From an uncultured Methanoregulaceae archaeon (GTDB lineage Archaea; Halobacteriota; Methanomicrobia; Methanomicrobiales; Methanospirillaceae): 64,000 nucleotides of DNA. Location: NCBI GenBank assembly GCA_963737635.1, contig CAVTTL010000001.1, positions 2,272,001 to 2,336,000 on the forward strand, given 5' to 3'. Both the position numbers and the translations under genes were made by a program. Below, piece by piece: positions 43,510-52,461 of the stretch. Position 1 is the stretch's first letter, and the number at the start of each line of letters is the position of its first letter. The notes beneath the pieces were generated by a model, which made no database searches, had not been told where the DNA came from, and saw only the letters and a program-made list of their open reading frames with translations.

Positions 43510-43551
43510 ATCAATTATTGATAAATTCGTTGGGGACAATTAATAATTGTC
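43510..43551. promoter_or_regulatory. Two adjacent palindromes, candidate operators
   Basis: ATCAAT-T-ATTGAT (43510-43522) and GACAATTA-A-TAATTGTC (43535-43551). Confidence 0.45.
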
Positions 43552-43725
43552 GGATCGAACAACGAGATATTATACAGTTCTCTATTTTCAATCTTAAAAA
43601 AATCCACAATTAAACTATCGCTTTTTCCAGTGGGAAGAACTTGATCCGCTATTACGGGCCCAAAATAGGGACTTTTTCTTTTTTAAAACGTCATTGTTTT
43701 ATAGACAATAATCCAGAAAGTACGT

Positions 43726-44376
43726 GTGGATAAAAGGGACATTTACACAATTGTTGGTGGCTTTTTGGTGATCCTACTCATTGCCATTATCGCGAATCCT
43801 GGTACTGTTTCCTCAGCACTGCCTGTGTCCCGGAGTAGCCCAACGATTCAGGAAACCACCTTTTCAACCCCTCCGCCGACGGTAACGTACACCGTGATAC
43901 CTGCGCAGACACCTCAGGTAAATATTACTCCGTCACCCCCGCCACCCCCTTATCGTATTACATACACGAATAACCCATTCAAGTATCCGGTGATTCATCT
44001 CCCCGATCATATGGAGACCTTCGGTGCATCTGATACCCCCTTACGGGAAAATGTGAGTGTGCCCTTTGCGTATCTGGAAGATTCAAGAGGCGGCCTCACC
44101 ACGATCTTTTCCGTGCCTTACGCAGTGTGGGCGTTAAATATCAGTGTTACGGCGAATAGCCGGCCCCAGTACGCAATATTCAATATGGTGCTCTGCGATG
44201 CAAAGACCGGTACTATTATCACGGGTGCTGAAATTCAGAATGGAGGTACAATGTATAAGGTAGTCCGGAGATCCGGTTCGATGTACCTCATCGTTGGTGT
44301 CAATTATGTTGACTCTTTCCGGATAACGCTGGAAACACCGTTATCTTATTATAAAAACGCGAGTTCAATGAAGTGA
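43726..44376 (+). CDS. Membrane-anchored hypothetical protein with Pro/Thr linker
   Basis: N-terminal TM, PPPPP linker, beta-rich domain. Confidence 0.7.
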   Translation: MDKRDIYTIVGGFLVILLIAIIANPGTVSSALPVSRSSPTIQETTFSTPPPTVTYTVIPAQTPQVNITPSPPPPPYRITYTNNPFKYPVIHLPDHMETFGASDTPLRENVSVPFAYLEDSRGGLTTIFSVPYAVWALNISVTANSRPQYAIFNMVLCDAKTGTIITGAEIQNGGTMYKVVRRSGSMYLIVGVNYVDSFRITLETPLSYYKNASSMK

Positions 44377-44430
44377 CGCGGCCCCCCTGTACACTGTGAA
44401 GAACAAGAATGTACGACGCCGGGGAGACCA

Positions 44431-44619
44431 TTACCCTATCTTTTCCACAATCACCCGGACGCGGTCACCTGATTTGAACTGGTGTCTTTTGGGGACATCA
44501 ATATTGAACCACAGCGAGCCGGGATTATCCTGGGTCGGGTCCTGAGACATCAGACAATCTTTCTGTTCATTGATATCTGCAACAAATTCGATGGATGATT
44601 CAAATTCCACTTTTGGCAT
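44431..44619 (-). CDS. 62-aa hypothetical protein
   Basis: Compact ORF ending KSGDRVRVIVEK, reminiscent of AbrB/OB-like strands. Confidence 0.6.
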   Translation of the reverse strand: MPKVEFESSIEFVADINEQKDCLMSQDPTQDNPGSLWFNIDVPKRHQFKSGDRVRVIVEKIG

Positions 44620-44649
44620 AATAAAAGAAGGTAGTTATAATTAAAAAAT

Positions 44650-44901
44650 TTACAGGGCACGGGATGTAACCATCCACGTCGTGCTGTTCGAATAGCTCCA
44701 CCGGATAATGGACAACTCGTTGCACATATCGGCAAGGATTGCCATATTCGTTCCCACTTCCTTTGGGGATAAGCCCAAATCCTTTGCGATGTATTTGGAC
44801 TTGAAGTAGTGTTTACCCTTAGTTATCCCCGATTGGAGATAGGAAACGATTTTGTTCTGTGTTTCGTTATATCTATCACGTATGTTTTTACCTGGGGACA
44901 T
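44650..44901 (-). CDS. Small winged-helix protein (DUF7123-like)
   Basis: YFKSKYIAKDLGLSPKEVG...WSYSNSTTW. Confidence 0.75.
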   Translation of the reverse strand: MSPGKNIRDRYNETQNKIVSYLQSGITKGKHYFKSKYIAKDLGLSPKEVGTNMAILADMCNELSIIRWSYSNSTTWMVTSRAL

Positions 44902-45118
44902 TGGTTCGCCTCAGTATTACGAAATCATATAGATCAGGACCTATATATAAATATCTAATGGTACTGGTAAGATTCATGCTTTTTTTAGCAATAATGACAC
45001 AAATCTGAAAGGAAACTATTTAAAACGATTAAATTTTGGGCTGATTTATATCCGGGTGAAATTATCGTTATTTTCATGATTCTGGGAAACGATCTCAACC
45101 GGAAAAATATCCAACGCC

Positions 45119-46954
45119 TTACTGCTGTACTGGAGCCTCGCCAATTTTTTTGATCAGTGCCTCAAGCACCACGTTCCGCATACCTTCAACGAACTTGATG
45201 CTCCCGACGACCAGGTGCCCGCCGCCGGAGATACCCCCGCCGGGGATCTCGTTATGCAAATCACGAACCATGCGGGGGATGTTCATGTGCACACCCCGGG
45301 AACGCAGCACGGCAAAGTCCGGGCCAAAGCCGATCGTAACAACCGGCTTTCCTTCATTCTGCCGGCAGAGCCGGTCGTGGACTTCCCCCGATGTTTTACC
45401 GGGTGGTGGAAAGGTAAACTTATGGGCATGGATCTCCACATCGATCAAAAAGAGCTTCGCGTCGTTTGGCAATACGCGGGCGTCAACATGGGGCATGCAG
45501 GCGCTCATCTGGTCCTCGATCATCGTATTGGCACCGTCCACCAGCAGGCCGACGAGTTTTACGTGGCGCTCGTGGTTCCCGACCAGATCCAGCATATCTT
45601 TAATGATTTCCCGTCCATCGTTGAACCGGAGCCAGAATTGCTCGTAGTCAAGGGCAAGCGCGATATCCTTGCATGCCTGTTCAGGGTACTGGTCTCGGAC
45701 AAGTGCCAGGTAAAGGGCTCGTTCAGGCGCTTCGCTCCGGTCGCCAACCCCGGCAACGGCAGGCAGGTGCCGGATGGCTGGTTCAACACGAGGATTGATC
45801 AGCCGGGCAACCTCCGTACCTAGCATTCCTGCCGTGACACCAAAATCTCCACCAACGTGGTACGGGTTGACATGCCCGACGAGGTACTTATCGATGGTTG
45901 CATCCGGGTGATGGTGGTCGATGACGACAAACGGAATGTCGTAAACGCTTGCGATCTTGTAGGAGGGTTCATCTTCTTCAGTAGAACCATTATCGGTAAG
46001 GATTACAAGAGGCATCTTCTGGCCGAACCGGGCATGGTCCTTGAGCGCAAAATCCAAGTCCCGGGTGATGTCCTCGATCTCGTAGAACGGCGCCTTTGAC
46101 GGGGCTCGCTTGAAGAGATAGTAGTCGGCATCAAAGTCTCCTCCCGACTCACGGATGAGCGAGGTGACTGCCTGTTCGATGGCGACGGCTGAACAGATGC
46201 CATCTGCATCGGCGTGGTGCCGGAGAATGATTGGCTGGGCGGTAAAAACTGCTTTCCTGATGATCTTTGCCACCTTGCGCATCTCGGGCATCAGACTCTC
46301 CAAGACGTCACTTTTCACCATTGGCTTTATGTTTTCGGGTTCGGCACGTGCATCAAGCGCCTTTTCTATCCGATCACGGACGGTTATCTCTTCGTTACTA
46401 GTAAGAGGGGTAACTGCGTCGGCTTCGATCTGGAGCTGATTGTTGCGCATCATAACTTCGCCAATGACCCTGACGATCATGTTCAGCTCGACCTCGGGAT
46501 ATGCCCGGACACCGGCTTCTACGAATGCGGCTACGTTCTGGGTTCCAGATTCGTCGACAATAGTAAAGATAGTAGGTCCGCTTGTCTGTTTGATCTGGGC
46601 GACTTCTCCTTCAATTGCGACACTTTTTCCCTGCTTTGCGGGGAGTTCGGCAATCCTGACTGTCGTTGATGTACGTTCAACTTGCTGGACCTGATAGATT
46701 TGGATCTGCTGCTCTTCAAGATCGATGTTCCCGTTAGGACGGATCTGCCTGACCCGCACAAGGACGCTGTCTTTTTCCTTGTGATCGGCCTTCATGCTTG
46801 TTTTGTGAACCAGCCCCTTGATCCGGTCATTGAGCTGGACAAACATCCCAAAAGTGGCAAAACCCTGGACTTTGCCCAGATAGATTTTTCCTTCTTCTAC
46901 ATCGGACAAGTCACATCCCGCGGCCAGCCGGTAAACAATAGTTTCTGTCTCCAT
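45119..46954 (-). CDS. S1/OB-fold DHH phosphoesterase (archaeal RecJ-like)
   Basis: S1 domain, QTSGPTIF OB fold, HHADADG, DNG, IDHH, GGGH. Confidence 0.9.
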   Translation of the reverse strand: METETIVYRLAAGCDLSDVEEGKIYLGKVQGFATFGMFVQLNDRIKGLVHKTSMKADHKEKDSVLVRVRQIRPNGNIDLEEQQIQIYQVQQVERTSTTVRIAELPAKQGKSVAIEGEVAQIKQTSGPTIFTIVDESGTQNVAAFVEAGVRAYPEVELNMIVRVIGEVMMRNNQLQIEADAVTPLTSNEEITVRDRIEKALDARAEPENIKPMVKSDVLESLMPEMRKVAKIIRKAVFTAQPIILRHHADADGICSAVAIEQAVTSLIRESGGDFDADYYLFKRAPSKAPFYEIEDITRDLDFALKDHARFGQKMPLVILTDNGSTEEDEPSYKIASVYDIPFVVIDHHHPDATIDKYLVGHVNPYHVGGDFGVTAGMLGTEVARLINPRVEPAIRHLPAVAGVGDRSEAPERALYLALVRDQYPEQACKDIALALDYEQFWLRFNDGREIIKDMLDLVGNHERHVKLVGLLVDGANTMIEDQMSACMPHVDARVLPNDAKLFLIDVEIHAHKFTFPPPGKTSGEVHDRLCRQNEGKPVVTIGFGPDFAVLRSRGVHMNIPRMVRDLHNEIPGGGISGGGHLVVGSIKFVEGMRNVVLEALIKKIGEAPVQQ

Positions 46955-47155
46955 CTTCTCTCTCCACACGCGAGGCGAAACGGACGATATGGTATGCGGC
47001 TTATTTTCGTATTTTGTATCGTTCAACGTTATCCAGCACAGAATGTGCTGCGTGTACCATGAATGGTCACCGGAGGGTTATGTTAGTTGCCATTCCTGCA
47101 CCCGTTGGTCTTCACTTCAGTGCAAAACAATTTTTTCTTAATAGATCACGCCAGG

Positions 47156-48094
47156 TCACTCCCGGTACGTGACCTCAAACATGAACAAGTCATCAGGAAT
47201 GATGATTGTACCTGAAAACACCGATTTTGCTTCCAATGCGTGATTGGTGGTATCAGTATACCGCGAACTGATATGGGTAAGGGCAAGGGTCCTAGCATCT
47301 GCCGCCGCCGCTGCCTGACCTGCCTGCATAGCGGTCGCATGGTAGAATTCAGTGGCCCGCTTCCTCTCGCTCTCATCGTAGGTCGCATCGTGGATCAGGA
47401 GATCTACATCCTTTCCGTAACTCATGAGCATCGGGATCACCGGTCGCGTATCCCCGGTGTAGACGATTTTCCGGCCCGGGCGCGGTACGCCCATTATATC
47501 TGATGGTAGCACCTCCACTTCACTGCCATCTTTTTTTATCCGGATCGTCTCGCCACGCTGGAGCCTGCCAAAGAGGGGGCCCGGCGGCACACCGAGTTCG
47601 ATTGCATGTTCCCGGTCGAACCGGCCCGGGCGGGGGTCTTCCTCGAGCACGTACCCAAGCGCCGGCAACCCGTGGCTGACTGGAAACGCGGTTACCGTAT
47701 AGCCATCAAAGCGCACCCATGAACCATCCGAAAGCTCAACCGAATCGAGCTGAAACTTAAGGTTAAACCGGCCAATCTTTTTTATGATCTCGACAAACTC
47801 GTGGACCCATATGGGGCCATAGATGGTGAGGGGCTCGGTGCGCCCATTAAAAGACATGGTCTGGACAAGGCCGAAGATCCCAAGGAAGTGATCTGCATGC
47901 CAGTGCGAGACAAAGATTGCATCGACAGTAAATCCGCACCGGGCCCGCATCATCTGTTGTTGTGCACCTTCCCCGCAATCAAAAAGGATCGTATCGGTGC
48001 CGCGCCGGATCATGATGCAGGGCGGATTACGCACCGGGGTTGGAAGTGCCCCTGCAGTCCCGAGGAAATATACCTGGAGGGTCTCGCCGCTCAT
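47156..48094 (-). CDS. rnz: Ribonuclease Z
   Basis: FLGT..P...RN, DCGEG, SHWHADH, GP exosite, GDT, HDAT, HISSRY. Confidence 0.95.
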   Translation of the reverse strand: MSGETLQVYFLGTAGALPTPVRNPPCIMIRRGTDTILFDCGEGAQQQMMRARCGFTVDAIFVSHWHADHFLGIFGLVQTMSFNGRTEPLTIYGPIWVHEFVEIIKKIGRFNLKFQLDSVELSDGSWVRFDGYTVTAFPVSHGLPALGYVLEEDPRPGRFDREHAIELGVPPGPLFGRLQRGETIRIKKDGSEVEVLPSDIMGVPRPGRKIVYTGDTRPVIPMLMSYGKDVDLLIHDATYDESERKRATEFYHATAMQAGQAAAAADARTLALTHISSRYTDTTNHALEAKSVFSGTIIIPDDLFMFEVTYRE

Positions 48095-48864
48095 ACAAAG
48101 CACTCCGAAAAGACAGCGAGACTTCTTTTTGCTTCATCGACCGAACGGCCCTCAATAACGATCACGCCACTATACCGGGCCGCGATTATCTTTCCGACAG
48201 CCTTCCAGTCGATTGTCCCGGCACCAAGCGGGAGATGCTCGTCTGAAACGCCATGGTTGTCGTGGATATGAATATGGTGTGCAGACCCAACATGCGCGAG
48301 AAACTCGGGGACTTTTGCAAGTGTGTGGGCATGCCCGAAATCAAACGTGAGGCCGATTCCCTCGATCCCCCCAGCCATCCCCATGAGCTCTCCTGAGTCC
48401 CGGCAGAGGAACTCTTTCTGGCTGATCATGTTTTCAAGGCAGGCAAGCACTCCGTGCTCAACCGCACACTTCCCGATCCTGCGCAGAGCCTCTTTCTGGA
48501 GGTCCCAGACTTTCTGAGGCATAAGTTTGCATGCCGGTGAAAGATACCCGGGATGAATAGTAACCTTGTCGGTGATGTCTCCCGCCTGCTGGATGCAGAG
48601 CTCGATCTGCCGTATAGACTCGCGCCAGATCGGGTCGTTGAGAGTTGCGAGATTGAGATCCCCATAGGGCGCATGCACGGTGGCCCCGAGCCGGGTGCTT
48701 GCGAGCACCTCCTGGATTTTTTTAAGGTTCTCGGGCTGTTCGAGCCGGTAGTTGCCATCTGCGACGATCTCCCAGCCGGCATACCCTGCCTCTTCGATAC
48801 CATATACCCACCGGATATCATCCCACACTTTTGCCGATGATGAGAAATACGGCCGCAGGCTCAT
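48091..48864 (-). CDS. Sugar-phosphate isomerase / AP endonuclease 2 TIM-barrel protein
   Basis: VHAP, IHPG, LENM, DFGH, HIHDN..DEH. Confidence 0.85.
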   Translation of the reverse strand: MSLRPYFSSSAKVWDDIRWVYGIEEAGYAGWEIVADGNYRLEQPENLKKIQEVLASTRLGATVHAPYGDLNLATLNDPIWRESIRQIELCIQQAGDITDKVTIHPGYLSPACKLMPQKVWDLQKEALRRIGKCAVEHGVLACLENMISQKEFLCRDSGELMGMAGGIEGIGLTFDFGHAHTLAKVPEFLAHVGSAHHIHIHDNHGVSDEHLPLGAGTIDWKAVGKIIAARYSGVIVIEGRSVDEAKRSLAVFSECFV

Positions 48865-49409
48865 GCTTCCTGCTCCAGGCTCCTTATGAGTTCTGTAACG
48901 CATGCCGTAAATTCTTCCAGACTTCCATCATTGTTGAGCCTGATATCTGCCAGTTTCAGAGCGTTTCCGAGACCCCATCCCAGCTCGCGTTTGTCCCGGG
49001 TAATAAGCCCCTCTGCGGATCCGATGTCATCACTGCGTTTCCGTTCGCACAACCGCATCAGCCGTTTCTCAAACGATGTCTCAATGGCGATGAGACGGAA
49101 CCAAAGGAAATGCATCCGGAAGACCCGGACTTCCGCATCCCCCCGGATACCATCGACGAGAACTAAGGGTGCGCTCTGGTCCTGTATAGCGTCGACACAA
49201 AGAAGGGCAATAGCGTCCATACCGTGTTCGGAACGAAGATTGTTTGCCATCGCGCCAAGATTTTCGTCGGTAGGAGGTAGGCCGGCCTTTTTTACAGCGT
49301 TGCGGATCACATCGCCCATGACCACTACCGGGATCCCCAGACTCCCTGCTATCTTTGAAAACTCGCCTTTACCACTTGCTGGCAGCCCGACAACTCCGAT
49401 CACTTTCAC
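48861..49409 (-). CDS. UPF0200 P-loop kinase (dephospho-CoA kinase-like)
   Basis: VGLPASGKG, MGDVIR, DGIR, RDKREL. Confidence 0.82.
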   Translation of the reverse strand: MKVIGVVGLPASGKGEFSKIAGSLGIPVVVMGDVIRNAVKKAGLPPTDENLGAMANNLRSEHGMDAIALLCVDAIQDQSAPLVLVDGIRGDAEVRVFRMHFLWFRLIAIETSFEKRLMRLCERKRSDDIGSAEGLITRDKRELGWGLGNALKLADIRLNNDGSLEEFTACVTELIRSLEQEA

Positions 49410-50219
49410 AGGAGGTACCTCCGATTATATTCAATCTCGCCGATCTCCCGGGTCCGGATCCGGACATCGCGTTTCAGTCCATCTGCTATTTTCTGGATCT
49501 CTATAAGCGTCATTGGTGTGTACTGCTGAAGTGTCTCCCGCTTCCCGGCGATATACGCAGTGACGTTGGCGACCCCACCCGGAACCATCGGGATTTTATG
49601 CTCGCCCTGCTGGAGGACAAGAGGGATGTCGCTGATCGTGCGAGAAATCTCCTGTAAGTATTTTACATTCTCATAAAATACGGTTACTACAATTTCGAAT
49701 TCGGGAAGGGTCTTTTTCCGGAGCGCTTCCCCCGCGATTTCTATCGATTGCTGGACATTCTTCCGGTAATTCGAACGGGACTGCTCGCCGCTATCTCCCA
49801 CACAGGAGAACCCCTCCCATTGCGTCTTATAATCAATTGCAATCTTGTCCACTAACCGCTCTTCAAGGAGCGCTTCGATCGCGTTTGGGAAGATACCGTT
49901 TGTCTGGACGCCGGTGGCAAGACCGCACCCTTTTGCCGCACGGGCGATTTCGAGAAGTGCATCTTTCTGCATCGTGGGCTCGCCTCCGGAAAAGACGACC
50001 CCGCTTACCGCAAGTTTCGAGACTTTTGATGAGAGCCACAATCTCATCCGTGTCCCGGTAATCCTCGCCGGTAAGGATCGTGGCGTTATGGCAGTACGAG
50101 CAACGGAGCGGGCAGCCCCGGAAAAAGACGGTGCAAACCGACCGGCCTCGCCAATCTACCGTAGAAAGCGGGATAAAACCGCCGTAATTCAGCCTGATGC
50201 CATCACCGTCAAGGATCAT
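49406..50219 (-). CDS. Radical SAM protein, anaerobic RNR activase-like; apparent frameshift near 50035
   Basis: GCPLRCSYCHN in one frame; SGGEP, TNG and DYK in the next. Confidence 0.82.
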
Positions 50220-50235
50220 GTCTAGGAAACTGATA

Positions 50236-50847
50236 TTATTTAGTGTTCCGATTGTGACGCTCGCTCTCTGAATCGATCCGGTTGCCCGGCATACCGATGA
50301 TCCCGGATTCGGTCACGATCATATCCATGCGGACATCGGTGGGTTCCCCGGGGAGTTCCGGGATCTCCTGGCAGTCGAATGCGATACCGATTGTCTTCAT
50401 TCCGGGATGTGCGGCGAGGAACCGATCGTAGTAACCAGCTCCGTACCCCAGTCGGTTCCCTTTCCGGTCAAAGGCAAGGAGGGGGATGATCGCAACCCCG
50501 ATCTCCTCTGGTCTCGCCGGGATCTCGCTTCCGATGGGTTCCGGGACATGGAAGGTGCTGTCGATGAGAACTGAAGGATCCTCCAGATAGGACAGACGAA
50601 GGCTGACGGTCTCCGTTTCGATGATAGGGACAACAACCTTAGTACCGCGGGCGATGAGACCGGTAATGAGCGTTCCTGTTTCTACTTCCGGACGTTTTGC
50701 AACGTAGACCATCACTGGCACGGAACCATTCAGGATATCAAGCAGAAAAGAACAGATGCACCGGCTCTTCACCACTCGCTCCTCTGTAGTAAGACAATGC
50801 CGGCGCTGTTTTGCCATCGCCCGGATCTCCTGCTTGGTCCTGCCCAT
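50236..50847 (-). CDS. 5-formyltetrahydrofolate cyclo-ligase family
   Basis: KQEIR, EP, AFDRKGNRLGYGAGYYDR, D..MD. Confidence 0.9.
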   Translation of the reverse strand: MGRTKQEIRAMAKQRRHCLTTEERVVKSRCICSFLLDILNGSVPVMVYVAKRPEVETGTLITGLIARGTKVVVPIIETETVSLRLSYLEDPSVLIDSTFHVPEPIGSEIPARPEEIGVAIIPLLAFDRKGNRLGYGAGYYDRFLAAHPGMKTIGIAFDCQEIPELPGEPTDVRMDMIVTESGIIGMPGNRIDSESERHNRNTK

Positions 50848-50968
50848 TCTCACATCCTTTCGATTTACCGGACTGTATTGGTCATGGGATCGCATAATCT
50901 TGTCCCTTTGGGATTTTACGAAGGATCATCACCGGAATTTCTCCCGGTGAGTAAAAAAGGTGGGATCT

Positions 50969-52246
50969 TTAGAACTTGAAATACCGGTTTACAATCTTAA
51001 TGGCGCAGAAGTCCCCGCACATCGTGCACCCATCAGTATCTGCCGGCATCCGTTCCGAACGGATCTGCTGTGCCCGGGCCGGGTTCATGGCCACGGCAAA
51101 CTGGCGCTCCCAGTCCAGATCGCGGCGTGCATGGCCCATCTCGAGGTCTGCCGACCGGGTCTTTTTGAGTTTTATCATATCACCGACATGGGCGGCAATT
51201 CGTGAACTGATGACACCCTCATATACCTCTTCCGGGGTGGGAAGGGCAAGGTGCTCAGCAGGGGTCACGTAGCAGATGAAATCAGCACCCAACGACGAGG
51301 AGATGGCTGCACCGATAGCGGCGACCCGGTCATCGTAGCCCGGCGCGATATCGGTCACGATTGGGCCGAGCATATAGAATGGCTTGTTGTTGGTGACCCG
51401 CTTCATAAGCTGGACATTGGTTGCGATCTCATCAATGGGCACATGACCCGGCCCTTCAACAATTACCTGCACATCCTGCGCATGTGCCTTGTCCGCGAGC
51501 TCCGCGTTAATGAGTAGTTCCTGGATACCGGCCCGGTCGGTCGCATCGTGGATGGCTCCTGCACGCATACCGTTCCCCATCGAGAGGGTAACCTCGTGCT
51601 CCTTCATGATCTCGAGGAGGTAATCGAATTCAGAATAAAGCGGGTTCTCCTTCTCGTTATGGAGCATCCATGCCGTCATGAAAGCACCGCCCCGGGAGAC
51701 AAGCCCGGCGTGCCGGCCCTGGTTCCTCAGTCTCTTTACGGTCTCCCAGTTGATGCCGGTGTGGATCGCCATGAAGTTTGTTCCAAGTTTTGCCTGCTCT
51801 GCCGTGATCCGGAAGAGGTCGTCCTCTTTCATGTGGATAACGGCACCGTCTTTTTTGACCGCTTCTATAAATGCCTGATAGAGGGGGACGCTTCCTACCG
51901 ACAGGGTGGTATTAGCAACTATCTGTTTTCTTATCTCGGTAAAATCGCCACCCGTTGAGAGTTCCATAAGAGTGTCGGCGCCCGCAAGCTCTGCCTGGCG
52001 TGCCTTCTCGATCTCCTCAGGAATATTGACAAGATCGGTCGATGTCCCGATTGAAGCATTCACTTTGGTGCGGAGGCCTTCCCCGATACCGCAGATCTTA
52101 ACCTTGCGGTACGGTGAGACCGGGATCACAATGTGTCCTTCGGCAACGTTGCGCCGGACAAAATCCTCGGTGACTCCTTCCTGCGCTGCGACCATTTTCA
52201 TTTCATCTGTTATGATGCCACGCTTTGCATCTGCAATGATACTCAT
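50969..52246 (-). CDS. thiC: ThiC family radical SAM enzyme (HMP-P synthase, or BzaF-like paralog)
   Basis: KVNASIGTS, VSRGG, EGPGH, CYVTPAEHL, CTMCGDFC. Confidence 0.88.
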   Translation of the reverse strand: MSIIADAKRGIITDEMKMVAAQEGVTEDFVRRNVAEGHIVIPVSPYRKVKICGIGEGLRTKVNASIGTSTDLVNIPEEIEKARQAELAGADTLMELSTGGDFTEIRKQIVANTTLSVGSVPLYQAFIEAVKKDGAVIHMKEDDLFRITAEQAKLGTNFMAIHTGINWETVKRLRNQGRHAGLVSRGGAFMTAWMLHNEKENPLYSEFDYLLEIMKEHEVTLSMGNGMRAGAIHDATDRAGIQELLINAELADKAHAQDVQVIVEGPGHVPIDEIATNVQLMKRVTNNKPFYMLGPIVTDIAPGYDDRVAAIGAAISSSLGADFICYVTPAEHLALPTPEEVYEGVISSRIAAHVGDMIKLKKTRSADLEMGHARRDLDWERQFAVAMNPARAQQIRSERMPADTDGCTMCGDFCAIKIVNRYFKF

Positions 52247-52461
52247 ACCTTAGCAGTACAGCAAAAGAACAAAATAAAGGCTCGGTTTTACATTTCTGGA
52301 TGAAATCTGGCTTGTTATTTAAACAAGTAGACTTGATTTTAGAAAGATAAGTCGTTGTTGCGATCCCTGATCCCGCCGGAATCATCAGAATACTGTCACG
52401 ACTGGTGTTTTTATAGGTCACTACGCCCTACCGGAGGAATGAAAAGCATTGCGGTGCTCCG

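Noticed and set aside
52247-52461. TPP riboswitch upstream of thiC
   Set aside because: No CTGAGA / CCTGA...AGGGA core on either strand.
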